Source: Eledone cirrhosa (taxonomy: Eukaryota). Taken from it: a stretch of DNA of 64,000 nucleotides. Position numbers and translations under genes: made by a program. Each line of letters starts with the position of its first letter. Position 1 is the stretch's first letter. Under the pieces are notes generated by a model. The model did no database searches. It saw nothing but the letters and a program-made list of their open reading frames with translations, and had not been told where the DNA came from. The stretch spans positions 88,784,001 to 88,848,000 of the forward strand of contig OZ024743.1 of the NCBI GenBank assembly GCA_964016885.1, given 5' to 3'. This document shows positions 27,390-39,299 of the stretch, one piece after another.

Positions 27390-28085
27390 TGACATACAGG
27401 CACATACAGACACATATACACTTATATAGACACATACAGACACACAGGCATACACATAGATACAGACACAGACATATACAGACACACTGACACACTGACA
27501 CACAGGCATACACACAGATACAGACACATACATACACACTGACACACAGACATACGCAGACACAAAGAGACACAAAGAAACACACACAGACACAGAGAAA
27601 CACACACACAGACACATAGAGACATACACGCACACAGAGAGACACACACACAGACACACAGACACAGACACACAGACACAGAGAGACACACAAACACATA
27701 GAGACACACACACAGACACATAGAGACAGACACACACAGACACACAGAAACATAGAGACACACACAGACACACTGATACATACATATGTATACAGACACA
27801 CTGACACACAGACACATACTGACATGCACAGACACATACAGAAACATACAGAAAGGCATACACAGACATATGGACACACAGATACAGGGATACATAAACA
27901 TACACAGGGACCCACAGATATTGATATACAGACACTCTGACACAGAGACATACAGACACAAGCACTCAAAGGCAGACATACATAGACACACATTCAGAGA
28001 CACACAGACTGACACACACAGGCAAACACATAGACACGCACACAGCCACATAGACACACACACACACGCACACACAGATACACAG
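27390..28085. repeat. Degenerate (CA/GACA)n microsatellite
   Basis: Direct inspection. Confidence 0.9.
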
Positions 28086-28829
28086 TTACCTAGGCACATA
28101 AGAGATACACTTGGAGCCATGGATGACCTGAAAACAGTTTGGTGGAAAAATTTGGGGTTTCTCTCTCAGAGTGAAGACCAGATGGTGGCAGTAATGGTGG
28201 TGAATTGTATGGTGTAGTCTAGTTATAAACAATCTGAAAGTTAAAGTAATAAATAATAAATAAAATAAAAAAATATTTGTGTACAAAATGTGGTGGGGTA
28301 TGGTCATGGTTGGATTTAGACCTTGGTGGGGGTCTGAGGTACTTCAGATTTGGAGGGCATCTCATACACAAAAAATTAGAATACACAGCAAACCCGTAAT
28401 TTTACATATCAAAGTTAGCTTGGCACAAGTAATTAAAATTGAAAAGTTATACATACAGGTATTGAATTAAAAAAAATCTAACTCTCCTAAAACTAAAAAG
28501 ACCAGATGAGGGCACAAATAAATTGCTACGGCCATTGCTTGTGCCCCCTCCTCACTACAGGGGATTGGGGTAATTTCTCCCTTTGCCCCTTCCCCATTAA
28601 ATCCAGCCTTGGTGATGTGTTTGGAAGATGCTAGTTGTAGACAGGAGCACTGAGAACTTGTAGATGAGAGAAACCAAGGAGGACATGATATGATGGGGTG
28701 ACGAAGACTTAGCTAAAAAAGCTGAATTTCATGATGGAGATGAGAAAGTACCATAATGATGGGGGCACATGGTGTTAGAGAAGGCCTGTTCACCAGTACA
28801 AGCAAAACAAAACTGTCACCCAGTATACT

Positions 28830-29300
28830 CGAAGCATGGAATAAACTACCTGCATCAGTTGTTAGCTGTCGGGACACTGCATCCTTCAAAATGTCCATGC
28901 TTCCTGAAATTTGCCAACACTTCACCCGATATTCCTCCTCCATACACACGCACACATGTATGTGTGTGTATGTGTGTGTATATCATGACTCATTCACTGT
29001 TCACTTTCCTGACATTTGTACATTATTCCATGTACTAAGGGGTGGTGAATTGGCAGTATCGGTAGGGGGTCAGACACCATGCTTTGCAGCATAGGGTTAC
29101 GGCCTTTGCCATTCTGAGCACAAATCCCGCCGAGGTTAACTTTGCCTTTCATCCTTACGGGGTCGATAAAATAAAGTACCAGTAATGCACTGGGTAATTG
29201 CTGGCCTTGTGCCAAAAGTAGAAACAATTATTCCATGTACTATATATGCACCTTTGATGAGTTGCAGTGCACCTGAGTACTGTACACAATAATTATATAT
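28830..29300 (+). mobile_element. CR1 3' end interrupted by SINE A
   Basis: EAWNKLPASVVSCRDTASFK followed by the 3' UTR, which resumes after the SINE. Confidence 0.85.
29038..29226 (+). mobile_element. SINE family A with 16 bp TSD
   Basis: TSD attattccatgtacta at 29022-29037 and 29227-29242. Confidence 0.92.
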
Positions 29301-29769
29301 CATATATTAATGGCATTCAGTTAAGTGCACAACTAAATGTTCATAGTTCCAGGAGAGTCCATCATATATTTGGATGAAAGAAATGGAATGGAAATTGGTT
29401 CTGACCAAATATAAAACAAGTTTGATTGACAACAATTGAAGAGAAGGTTATACAAAGTTGTTGTTGTTGGTAGTAGTGGTTGTGGTGGTGGTGGTAGTAT
29501 TGTTGGTGATGGCAGTGGTGGTAGTGGTGGTAGTAGTGGTAGTGTTGTTGTTGATGGTAGCTGTGGTGGTAGTGCTGGTGGTGGTATTAGTGGTAGTGTT
29601 GGTGGGTATAGGTGTGGTGTTGGTGATGGTATTGGTGGTAGTAGTATTGATGAGGCTGGTAGTGGTTGTAGTGGTGGTAGTGGTGATGGTAATGGTGGTA
29701 GTGGTGAGTGGTAATGTCATAGTAGATGTGGTGGGGGCAGTGGTAGTAGTGTGTGAGATATATTTTCAG

Positions 29770-29845
29770 AAAGGTAACACAACTGACAGCTGATGGTAAA
29801 CTGGGTCTCATTAAAGAGAGGCAAATAAAAGTAACAAATGATTTG
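29770..29845 (+). CDS. Candidate host-gene micro-exon, product unknown
   Basis: tattttcag acceptor; TTG|gtatgt donor; single open frame KVTQLTADGKLGLIKERQIKVTNDL; phase-compatible with the 16878-16938 exon. Confidence 0.3.
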
Positions 29846-30071
29846 GTATGTAAAATATTTAGTCACATATAATCTGGCTGTGTTAGTACCACATGCCAAA
29901 ACTGTGAGACTGAAGAAGAACGGAGTTGCCAAATTCTCCCCAAATTAAGGAAATAAGGGCAAATTAGAAAGGAAGGTAAACAGACTTACTGAAGCAGAGG
30001 ATTTAAAGAGATTAATTATTAACTGGACATTCAACTGGTTGGCACGGACAGAACACTGTTTAACTACTATG

Positions 30072-30110
<39 letters not shown>

Positions 30111-30163
30111 TGTGTGTGTGTGTGTATGTATATGTATATATATATGCGTGTGTGTGTGTATAT

Positions 30164-30266
<103 letters not shown>

Positions 30267-31088
30267 AGTACATATGCATGTATGTATATAAATATATATA
30301 TATATATACATGGACACACATATATATCTATATCTATATATATATTTATTCATATTTATATAAGAATATATGTATGTATATATATACTTGGACACACACA
30401 CACACACATACACACACATATACATATATATATATATATATATATTAACACTGTTTTATGTCTATTTTCCATGCTTGTATGGATTAGATGGGTTATCATG
30501 TTCTGAGGCCAGACAATTCAGAGGAACATGTTTCACTCATTTATTCCAAGAGATCAAAGGTTGGACAGGTTACAAATCAAGTCAGTACTCAGCCAGAACT
30601 ACTGACCTCTCAGAAGGACCAACGTCTCATTTCATTTACATATCTCCCTGTGTTCTACATGGCATGGCACCAACTCTAGAATCATCCTAGCCCTTCATTT
30701 GGCAGGCTTTCTATGCCTGAATGCTCTTCCTATCACCAACTGCACCCACACACACTTATACTCACACACACGCGCGCGCATGCACACGCACATATTAACA
30801 TATTAACATCATCATTATCGTTTTTACATTGACTTTTGCATATTGGCATGTGTTGAATGGGATTTTTGTAGGGCAAAGTATTCCAGTCAGATGCTCTTCC
30901 TGACACCAATCCTTATAGTCACCTTTTACAACACAGAGATATGGTGTACCTATTCTAAACCAGATACATGTGTTACTAGCAAAGCTTCAGAGTCATTAGA
31001 ATGTTAGACAGAAGCCAGTCATGTTCCTGTGTCATCTTCATGAGATTTAGTTTCTCTGGAATAATACTATTACATTAAAGAAATTGAT

Positions 31089-31292
31089 AATAATAATAAT
31101 GAAATTATTGTGTACAGTGCTCAGGTGCACCACAACTCGTCAAAGGTGCCTGTATAGTACATAGAATAATATACAAATGTCAGGGAAGTGAATAGTGTGA
31201 GTCATGATATACATGTGTGCGTGTTTATGGAGGGGGAACATTAGGTGTAGTGTTGGCAAATCTCGGGAAGCATGGAGGTTTTAAAGGATGCG
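31089..31292 (-). mobile_element. CR1 3' UTR fragment
   Basis: aataatgaaattattgtgtacagtgctcaggtgcac... is the reverse complement of the 51470-51670 tail. Confidence 0.85.
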
Positions 31293-31326
31293 ATGATAGC
31301 AACAATTACAGTATTAGTTGTTAAAG

Positions 31327-31653
31327 TAGAAGTTCTCAAAATGGGTGCTACTACCCCCAGTGGGCATTGAGAAGGTCTGGGGGGGGGGTCTAGGGGATGG
31401 TGGGGGCGTGGTAGAGATGATATAATAGTATATTAAATATCAAATGATACATATTTATATAAATATAGTAAAATAAAAAACATATATTTATTTATTCATA
31501 GTATATATTATATTATTTGTTATATATAAATGAACGATTTTATTTATTATATATTATTTACAATTTGCATGTAGGCAGTTGTCCCTGGAAATAGGGGTGA
31601 ATTGGGGCTGAGGGTATTACATGGGTGTCAGGGGGGCAGTTTGAGAACCTCTG
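31327..31653. mobile_element. hAT (Charlie-like) MITE
   Basis: TIR tagaagttctcaaa / tttgagaacctctg; exact 8 bp TSD tgttaaag. Confidence 0.8.
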
Positions 31654-31910
31654 TGTTAAAGCAACAACTAGAGTAATGCTTTACAGTATTAATTCCAGCT
31701 CTCTAAGTTCACATCCTGCTGAGGTCAACTTTGCTTGTCATCCTTTGAGGTCAATAAAAGAAGTACCAGTCCATTGCTGGGATTCTTCCTCTTTATATCT
31801 TTCTCACTTCCTCTCTATTGCTCTCTCTCTCATTCTCTGGAAGAAATTAGCTGTGTTTAGACTTGAAGTGGGATAGGTTCTGCAAGGTTTAAAATACTTA
31901 TGAAACACTG

Positions 31911-32094
<184 letters not shown>

Positions 32095-32171
32095 ATATAT
32101 ATATATATCCATGTGTGGTTGATGGCTGAAAGAAAAGAGTATTCAATACCAGAATTAAGTTTTAGTATTCG

Positions 32172-32302
32172 TTTTATTAAAGCTAAATAATGAGTCTTGT
32201 TACTCTGGAGTTTCGCCTGTTTATCACAGGGTCATCTGATGACCCTGAGATAAACAGATGAAACTCCAGAGTAACAAGACTCACTATTTAGCCTTAATAA
32301 AA
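32172..32302. repeat. Fold-back inverted repeat of a hammerhead-bearing Penelope-like terminus
   Basis: CTGATGA 32236-32242, stem II ctg/cag, GAAACTCCAGAGTA; mirrored in the left arm. Confidence 0.8.
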
Positions 32303-32477
32303 TGTAATATTTACTCTACGAGTGTATTTAAAATAAGGATTTCATTCAAATAGAACTGTATGTGGCCTTCTGAGTAGTTTACTGTAATAAATCTCATATT
32401 TTGAACTGTAATAACTCCTTCACCTACCCTTATCTGTTTTCTTATTCGAAAACGTTTTATTCTAAACTATATGTATA

Positions 32478-33866
32478 TCATCATCATCATCATCATCAAC
32501 GTTTAACGTCCGTGTTCCACGCTTGCATGGGTTTGGACGGGGGTAGTCCCACTTGAGGCAAGAGTGATTGTCTTGCTCGCATAGGACTGTCTGGCAGGTT
32601 TTCTACAGTTGGATGCCCTTCCTAACACCAACCACATTTACAGTGTGGGTCTGGGAGGTTTTTACCGTGTTGCCTACACGGCCACATTACAGCGTGGACT
32701 GTGTGTTTTTTTGTCGTGACACCTACACGATCTCATTTGTTTCGGCCTCGATGGCGCGGCACCAACATAACTTTACATAGAACGGGGTGGTGTGGATCGG
32801 GTGGGGGTGGTGGTGGTGGGACGGGGTGTATTTTGTTAGAGATGCCTACTGGCTGGAGTAGGTTTTACTATATATTTAGGTAAGGCGGGTCTTCTCTGTT
32901 ACTGAGTACCGCCAAAGGTCTCGGTCCAGTGACATTGTCTTGGAGAGGTGTAAGTGTGTGATGTCGGAGTTTATCAGCTCGTCCCAGGTTTTTCTAGGTC
33001 TGCCTATTCCGTGACTACCGTCTATCTTTATTGCCCTGCACTTTGTTATACAGCTATCGACTTTCATGCGCATCACGTGTCCATACCAACGTAGCCTTCT
33101 CTCGAGTAAACAACATCTGATCCCTCTTATCTCTAATTTTTTCCTTAGTTCGTTTATGCTTTGCCGTTCACGTATATTACTGTTACACATCCAGCGGAGC
33201 ATGCAAGCTTCGTTCCTCTCTAGTCTGCGTATATCCTCTGCACACAATGCCCAGGTCTCACTGCCATGCAGCATTGCTGTTCGTATGCAGGCATCGTACA
33301 ACCTGCCTTTCATTTTTAGTGAGAACCCTTTAGCAGCTAATAGTGGTATAAGCTCTCTGAACTTTTTCCTACCAGTTCTGACTCTAGCTACAGTACTTTC
33401 AGAGCACCCTCCCCCACTGCTGATTTTATCGCCCAGGTAACGGAAGCTGTCCACTATTTCTATAGAACCCTCTGCGCAATTGAAAGAGCTAGTAGTTTGT
33501 GGGCACTTGCTGCTACTTATTGCACCAGAGCACCGGCCACATGTAAAATCTATGTTCTTAGTTAGCTTACCTGTGATCCCACTACATCTTTTATGCACCC
33601 ATACTTTGCATTTAGGACATAAAATGGAGTTTCTACCTACGCCTTTCCTACACACCGAGCACGACCATTTCCCAGAAGGGACCGCCGCCTTGTTTTCTTT
33701 CCTACAAACTAGTACTTTGGTCTTAGCCAGGTTAATTTTAAGTCCTTTTGACTCTAGGCCGTGCTTCCATGTTTGGAATTTCTTCTCTAGCTCGGCCATT
33801 GATTCCGCTATGAGTGTCAGGTCGTCTGCGTATAGGAGTTCCCATGGGCAGCCTGTCTTGAACTCC
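32478..33866 (-). mobile_element. Young 5'-truncated RTE family 1 copy (open ORF 32876-33868)
   Basis: YADD motif, PHD finger, C-terminal domain, 3' UTR and (ATG)n tail; near-identical to 34453-35843. Confidence 0.95.
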
Positions 33867-34047
33867 ATATATATATATAGTTATGTAATAAACAACATAA
33901 GGCAATTATTATATTTACCAAAGGATTCACAAAGACAGACGATCTCGGCACAGACTTCTGAAATCCCTCATTCCTACGGAAGCGCTTAATAATGTATATA
34001 TAACCTCAATGTATATATCCCCTCAATCTATCTTATTTCTCATTCTT

Positions 34048-34083
34048 TCTTCTGATGAAGGACTAGCATCCGAAACGTTAAGA
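34048..34083 (+). ncRNA. Minimal type I hammerhead motif, Penelope type
   Basis: TCTT-CTGATGA-A-GGA-ctagca-TCC-GAAA-CG-TT-AAGA; palindromic stem III AACGTT. Confidence 0.75.
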
Positions 34084-34272
34084 CCCTCTTCCTGCTATAT
34101 CAAGCATTAACCTAATATATATCTTCCATATACTGTACCGATTGTGTTGTTATTTCTGTTTACCTTTTACATACATATATCTCTCTCTCTCTATATATAT
34201 ATAAAGTATTTCTGTAGAAAAGGTAAAGGAAAGAAGAGTGCTCAATGTATAGTACAGAGCTATTTAATTATG

Positions 34273-34444
34273 TAATAAACAATACTATACAATTATTCCA
34301 TTTACCCAAGGTTTCAAGAGGCATCCGAAGTTGTTCATCAGAAAGGAAAGTTAAAATAAGGATTTCATTAAATTTTCCTTTCTGAGGTCACCTGCCTTCG
34401 TGAAACCTTGGGTAAATGGAATAATTGTATTGTGTTGTTTATTA
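34273..34444. repeat. Inverted repeat with a hammerhead motif on the minus strand of the left arm
   Basis: Left arm reverse complement reads ttccttt-CTGATGA-...-GAAA-ccttgg-GTA-aatggaa; the right arm has a degenerate core. Confidence 0.7.
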
Positions 34445-34452
34445 TATATATA

Positions 34453-37346
34453 CATCATCATCATCATCATCATCAACGTTTAACGTCCGTGTTCCACGCT
34501 TGCATGGGTTTGGACGGGGGTAGTCCCACTTGAGGCAAGAGTGATTGTCTTGCTCGCATAGGACTGTCTGGCAGGTTTTCTACAGTTGGATGCCCTTCCT
34601 AACACCAACCACATTTACAGTGTGGGTCTGGGAGGTTTTTACCGTGTTGCCTACACGGCCACATTACAGCGTGGACTGTGTGTTTTTTTGTCGTGACACC
34701 TACACGATCTCATTTGTTTCGGCCTCGATGGCGCGGCACCAACATAACTTTACATAGAACGGGGTGGTGTGGATGGGGTGGGGGCGGGGGTGGTGGGACG
34801 GGGTGGATTTTGTTAGAGATGCCTACTGGCTGGAGTAGGTTTTACTATATATTTAGGTAAGGCGGGTCTTCTCTGTTACTGAGTACCGCCAAAGGTCTCG
34901 GTCCAGTGACATTGTCTTGGAGAGGTGTAAGTGTGTGATGTCGGAGTTTATCAGCTCGTCCCAGGTTTTCCTAGGTCTGCCTATTCCGTGACTACCGTCT
35001 ATCTTTATTGCCCTGCACTTTGTTATACAGCTATCGACTTTCATGCGCATCACGTGTCCATACCAACGTAGCCTTCTCTCGAGTAAACAACATCTGATCC
35101 CTCTTATCTCTAATTTTTTCCTTAGTTCGTTTATGCTTTGCTGTTCACGTATATTACTGTTACACATCCAGCGGAGCATGCAAGCTTCGTTCCTCTCTAG
35201 TCTGCGTATATCCTCTGCACACAATGCCCAGGTCTCACTGCCGTGCAGCATTGCTGTTCGTATGCAGGCATCGTACAACCTGCCTTTCATTTTTAGTGAG
35301 AACCCTTTAGCAGCTAATAGTGGTATAAGCTCTCTGAACTTTTTCCAACCAGTTCTGACTCTAGCTACAGTACTTTCAGAGCACCCTCCCCCACTGCTGA
35401 TTTTATCGCCCAGGTAACGGAAGCTGTCCACTATTTCTATAGAACCCTCTGCGCAATTGAAAGAGCTAGTAGTTTGTGGGCACTTGCTGCTACTTATTGC
35501 ACCAGAGCACCGGCCACATGTAAAATCTATGTTCTTAGTTAGCTTACCTGTGATCCCACTACATCTTTTATGCACCCATACTTTGCATTTAGGACATAAA
35601 ATGGAGTTTCTACCTACGCCTTTCCTACACACCGAGCACGACCATTTCCCAGAAGGGACCGCCGCCTTGTTTTCTTTCCTACAAACTAGTACTTTGGTCT
35701 TAGCCAGGTTAATTTTAAGTCCTTTTGACTCTAGGCCGTGCTTCCATGTTTGGAATTTCTTCTCTAGCTCGGCCATTGATTCCGCTATGAGTGTCAGGTC
35801 GTCTGCGTATAGGAGTTCCCATGGGCAGCCTGTCTTGAACTCCTCTGTTATAGCCTGAAGGGCAATAATAAATAGTAGTGGGCTGAGAACAGAGCCCTGA
35901 TGGACGCCAACTTTTACGCTAAACTCTTCACTATATTCGTTGTTAATTCTAACCTTGCTGACTGTTTCTTTATACATGGCTTGTATAGCCCTCACAAGCC
36001 ATTCGTCAACGCCTAGTTTTCTAAGAGCCCACCAGATAATGGAGCGGGGGACTCTGTCGAAGGCTTTCTCCAAGTCGACAAAAGCTAAGTAGAGGGGTTT
36101 ACCTTTAGCTAGGTACTTCTCCTGTAGTTGTCGTACTATGAAAAGAGCGTCTGTGGTACTTTTGCCTGACACAAACCCGAACTGCATTTCATCTAGGTCA
36201 ATTCTCTCTCTGATTAGTTGCGCTATTACTTTTTCCGTGACCTTCATGACCTGGTCGATTAATTTAATGCCTCTATAGTTACTCCTATCTAGGGCGTCTC
36301 CTTTACCCTTATAACAGTTAACGATGATGCTGCTATGCCAGTCCTTCGGAACAACCCCATTCTGTACGACTTGGTTAACTATGCGGGTGACCATGGTGTG
36401 TCCCACCGTGCCAGATGCCTTCAGCATCTCAGCAACTATTTCCGAAGGCCCAGCCGCCTTACCCGTCTTCATATCCTTGATTGCCTTACTTATTATACTC
36501 CCCTCGACTAACACTGCTGGTCCCTCTATTGGGTCGATATGGGGGAGACTGCCTTTCTCCCAATTATTCTCCTCATTTAGTAGCCTTTCATAGTGACACT
36601 TCCAAGCTACCTTCTTATCAGCGTCGGTGATGGCAAGTGTGCCATCGTCGTTTAGTACACACTTCTCCCCGACAATATCACGGTTTTCCTTGACGCATTG
36701 CCTAGCAATCCTGAACACCTCACGTTTTTGGTCATCGCGTTGTAGAACATGCTTGAACTTTCTTTCCTCAGCTTCCCTTCTTGCTAAGTACACTTGTCTC
36801 CTAGCTTCCCTCCTGGCCACTTGATAGTCCTCTCTACTTCCCCCATCCCGCCATACTTTCCAAGCCTGCTTTTTGGCCTTAATTGACCCCTCCACCTTAC
36901 TGTTCCACCACCATGTTACTCTCCTCCTGCCTACAGGCCTGCTCCAGCCACAGACTTCGTCTGTCGCCAACAGCAGGTTTGCTTTCAGAAATTCCCACTC
37001 TCCCTCTATATTGTCCGACTCTAAATGTTCTTCCTTACTGTCGAAAGCATCAAGTAATATGTTTTGAAATTTATTCCTGGCTGTGGGGTCCTTTAGCTTC
37101 CATATTTTCCTCCTGAGGATAGTCCTCTTCTGTTGTCGAGTACGTCTCGTCCTGACTATGAGGTCGCTAATTATCAGTCTATGTTGGGAGGTGCATTCTT
37201 CATGGGGGAGGGATTTAGTGTTAACAACAGACACTCTGTCACGTCTTCTGGTAAGGATATAATCTACCTGGCTTGTGTGTTCCCCGGATCTATAGGTGAT
37301 CAGGTGATTGTCACGTTTTTTGAAGTTAGTGTTACAGATAGTTAGG

Positions 37347-37351
<5 letters not shown>
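34453..37351 (-). mobile_element. RTE-clade LINE family 1, 5'-truncated, young
   Basis: Uninterrupted ORF, about 380 nt 3' UTR, terminal stem-loop and (ATG)n tail; 5' end abuts (TA)n. Confidence 0.95.
34853..37351 (-). CDS. RTE ORF: C-terminal part of APE endonuclease, reverse transcriptase, and embedded PHD finger
   Basis: TYRSG...VDYIL...SQHRL (APE end); KGKGD...NYRGIKL; QFGF; FVDLEKAFDRV; GVHQGSVLSPLLF; YADD; CSVC-CPKC-H-C-CGRC; FRYLG. The first ~43 aa of the listed 875 aa ORF are SINE/(TA)n read-through. Confidence 0.93.
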
Positions 37352-37435
<84 letters not shown>

Positions 37436-37439
<4 letters not shown>

Positions 37440-37765
37440 GTTAGAGCATTGGTCTTGCATTCGAAAGGTTGTGAGTTCAATTCTCAGACCAGGTGATGTG
37501 TTGTTTCCTTGAGCAAGACACTTTATTTCACATTGCTCCAGTTCACTCAGCTGTAGAAATGAGATGATAGGGACTGGGGTCCCTATCATTCCACTGTAAA
37601 AGTGGTCGTGGAGGTGCCACGGCAAAAAAGCACCCACTGTAAATGAGGTTGGTGTTAGGAAGGGCATCCAGCTGAAGAAATCAAGCCAGAACCAATTCCC
37701 GTTCCACCCTTGTAAGCAGGGAAAAGCGGATGTAAAATGAAATGATGATGATGAAATGATGATGA
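37436..37765 (+). mobile_element. SINE family B
   Basis: Near-identical to 19274-19612. Confidence 0.9.
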
Positions 37766-38128
37766 TATATATAATTGTTCTAGAATACTTAAAAAATATT
37801 CTCACAATACACAGATTTATGTATTTAGGGTAGAAGTGCATATGTATATATATATATATTATATGCTTGTAAGAGTGTGTAGATCAATAGAAGCTGGCAA
37901 TATGCCATAGTACATTACTAAACATAGTCTCCTAAAAAAATTAGGACTATAGACTATATATGAAGTAATTGACATTATATTATCAATGTCAGCTAATTAC
38001 TTAAGCAATAAAAACACCTGTTTCATTCATAGTTGTTTTTAATTCTCTTTCTATCTTTCTCTACCTCTTTCTATTTCTTTGTCAATAGACATCTACCTAC
38101 CTACCTACCTACCTACCTACCTATCTAC

Positions 38129-38167
<39 letters not shown>

Positions 38168-38214
38168 CTCACACTACCTTAAGTTTGAAAATCATAGGCA
38201 GTGTTCTTCATTAG

Positions 38215-38278
38215 AAATATGCTAAAGAAACAGCAAATTTATGAAGAACAGATGGCAGCACTAGCATGGACATGTGAT
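38215..38278 (+). CDS. Candidate host-gene micro-exon, product unknown
   Basis: gtgttcttcattag acceptor; GAT|gtaact donor; open frame NMLKKQQIYEEQMAALAWTCD in a unique island. Confidence 0.25.
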
Positions 38279-38649
38279 GTAACTTAATTATGAATGAACA
38301 TAGAGCCGGATTAGAATATGATGAGGCCTTACACTGTATAAAGCTTGGTACTAAAAAAATAGCATCAGAAGGTGATATAAAAGGGGACTAAAAAGGTGTG
38401 CCTTAAGGAGTTTATCTAGCTCTAAAACATTGTCTTAAAACATCATGTCCAACCCATTTCAGCATAAAGAAGTCGACATAAAAACATTGATGATGTTGAT
38501 AATGATGAAGGTCCCACAAAATATGAAAACATTTATGCCTTTTTATTATTTTGAAGCCCTAATTTGTATAAAACTTGAAGGCCTTTCATTAAGAAAATTA
38601 CCCCAGAAGGCCTCACAAAAATTGAAAATGTGTATGCCTTTTTATCATT

Positions 38650-39141
38650 TGCTTGGCAATATCAGTAGAGCATTGGGCTTCAAGCTATGAGGCATAAAGT
38701 TATGGCCCTTTACGTTCCGAGTTCAAATTTCACCGAGGTTAGCTTTGCCTTTCATCCTTACGAGGTCAATAAAATAAAGTACCATGGCAGAATTTAACTG
38801 ATAAAGTTGTGGGTAGAAGAATTGCTGAGATTTGGTTTGTAGAGAGTGACACTCACAAGGGAAGATAATACAGGATGACCTGGTGTGATGATTTCTTGTG
38901 ACAGAATAGACACATTGAAATCATGATAGCATGGGAATATAGATAGTATAGTAATGATAATTGTTTCTACTTTTGGCACAAGGCCAGCAATTATCCCAGT
39001 GTATTACTCGTACTTTATTATATCGACCCCGCAAGGATGAAAGGCAAAGTTAACCTCGGCGGGGTTTGAACTCAGACCATAAAGGGCCATAACTCTTTGC
39101 TGCAAAGCATGGCGTCCGACCCTCTAGCGATACTGCCAATC
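38650..39141. mobile_element. Inverted pair of SINE A copies (38650-38785 +, 38955-39141 -)
   Basis: SINE A consensus in both orientations. Confidence 0.85.
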
Positions 39142-39299
39142 GATGATAATGATGTATAAATTATTATGTGTGTATGTATGTGAGTATGTATAGTATATAT
39201 ATATATATATATTATTATAATAATAATAATAATTGTTTCTACTTTTGGCACAAGGCCAGCAATCATCTCAGTGTATTACTGGTACTTTATTTAATAATG

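Noticed and set aside
37352-37480. N-terminus of the 875 aa ORF as a real start
   Set aside because: Derived from an antisense SINE head and (TA)n; the LINE is 5'-truncated within its endonuclease.
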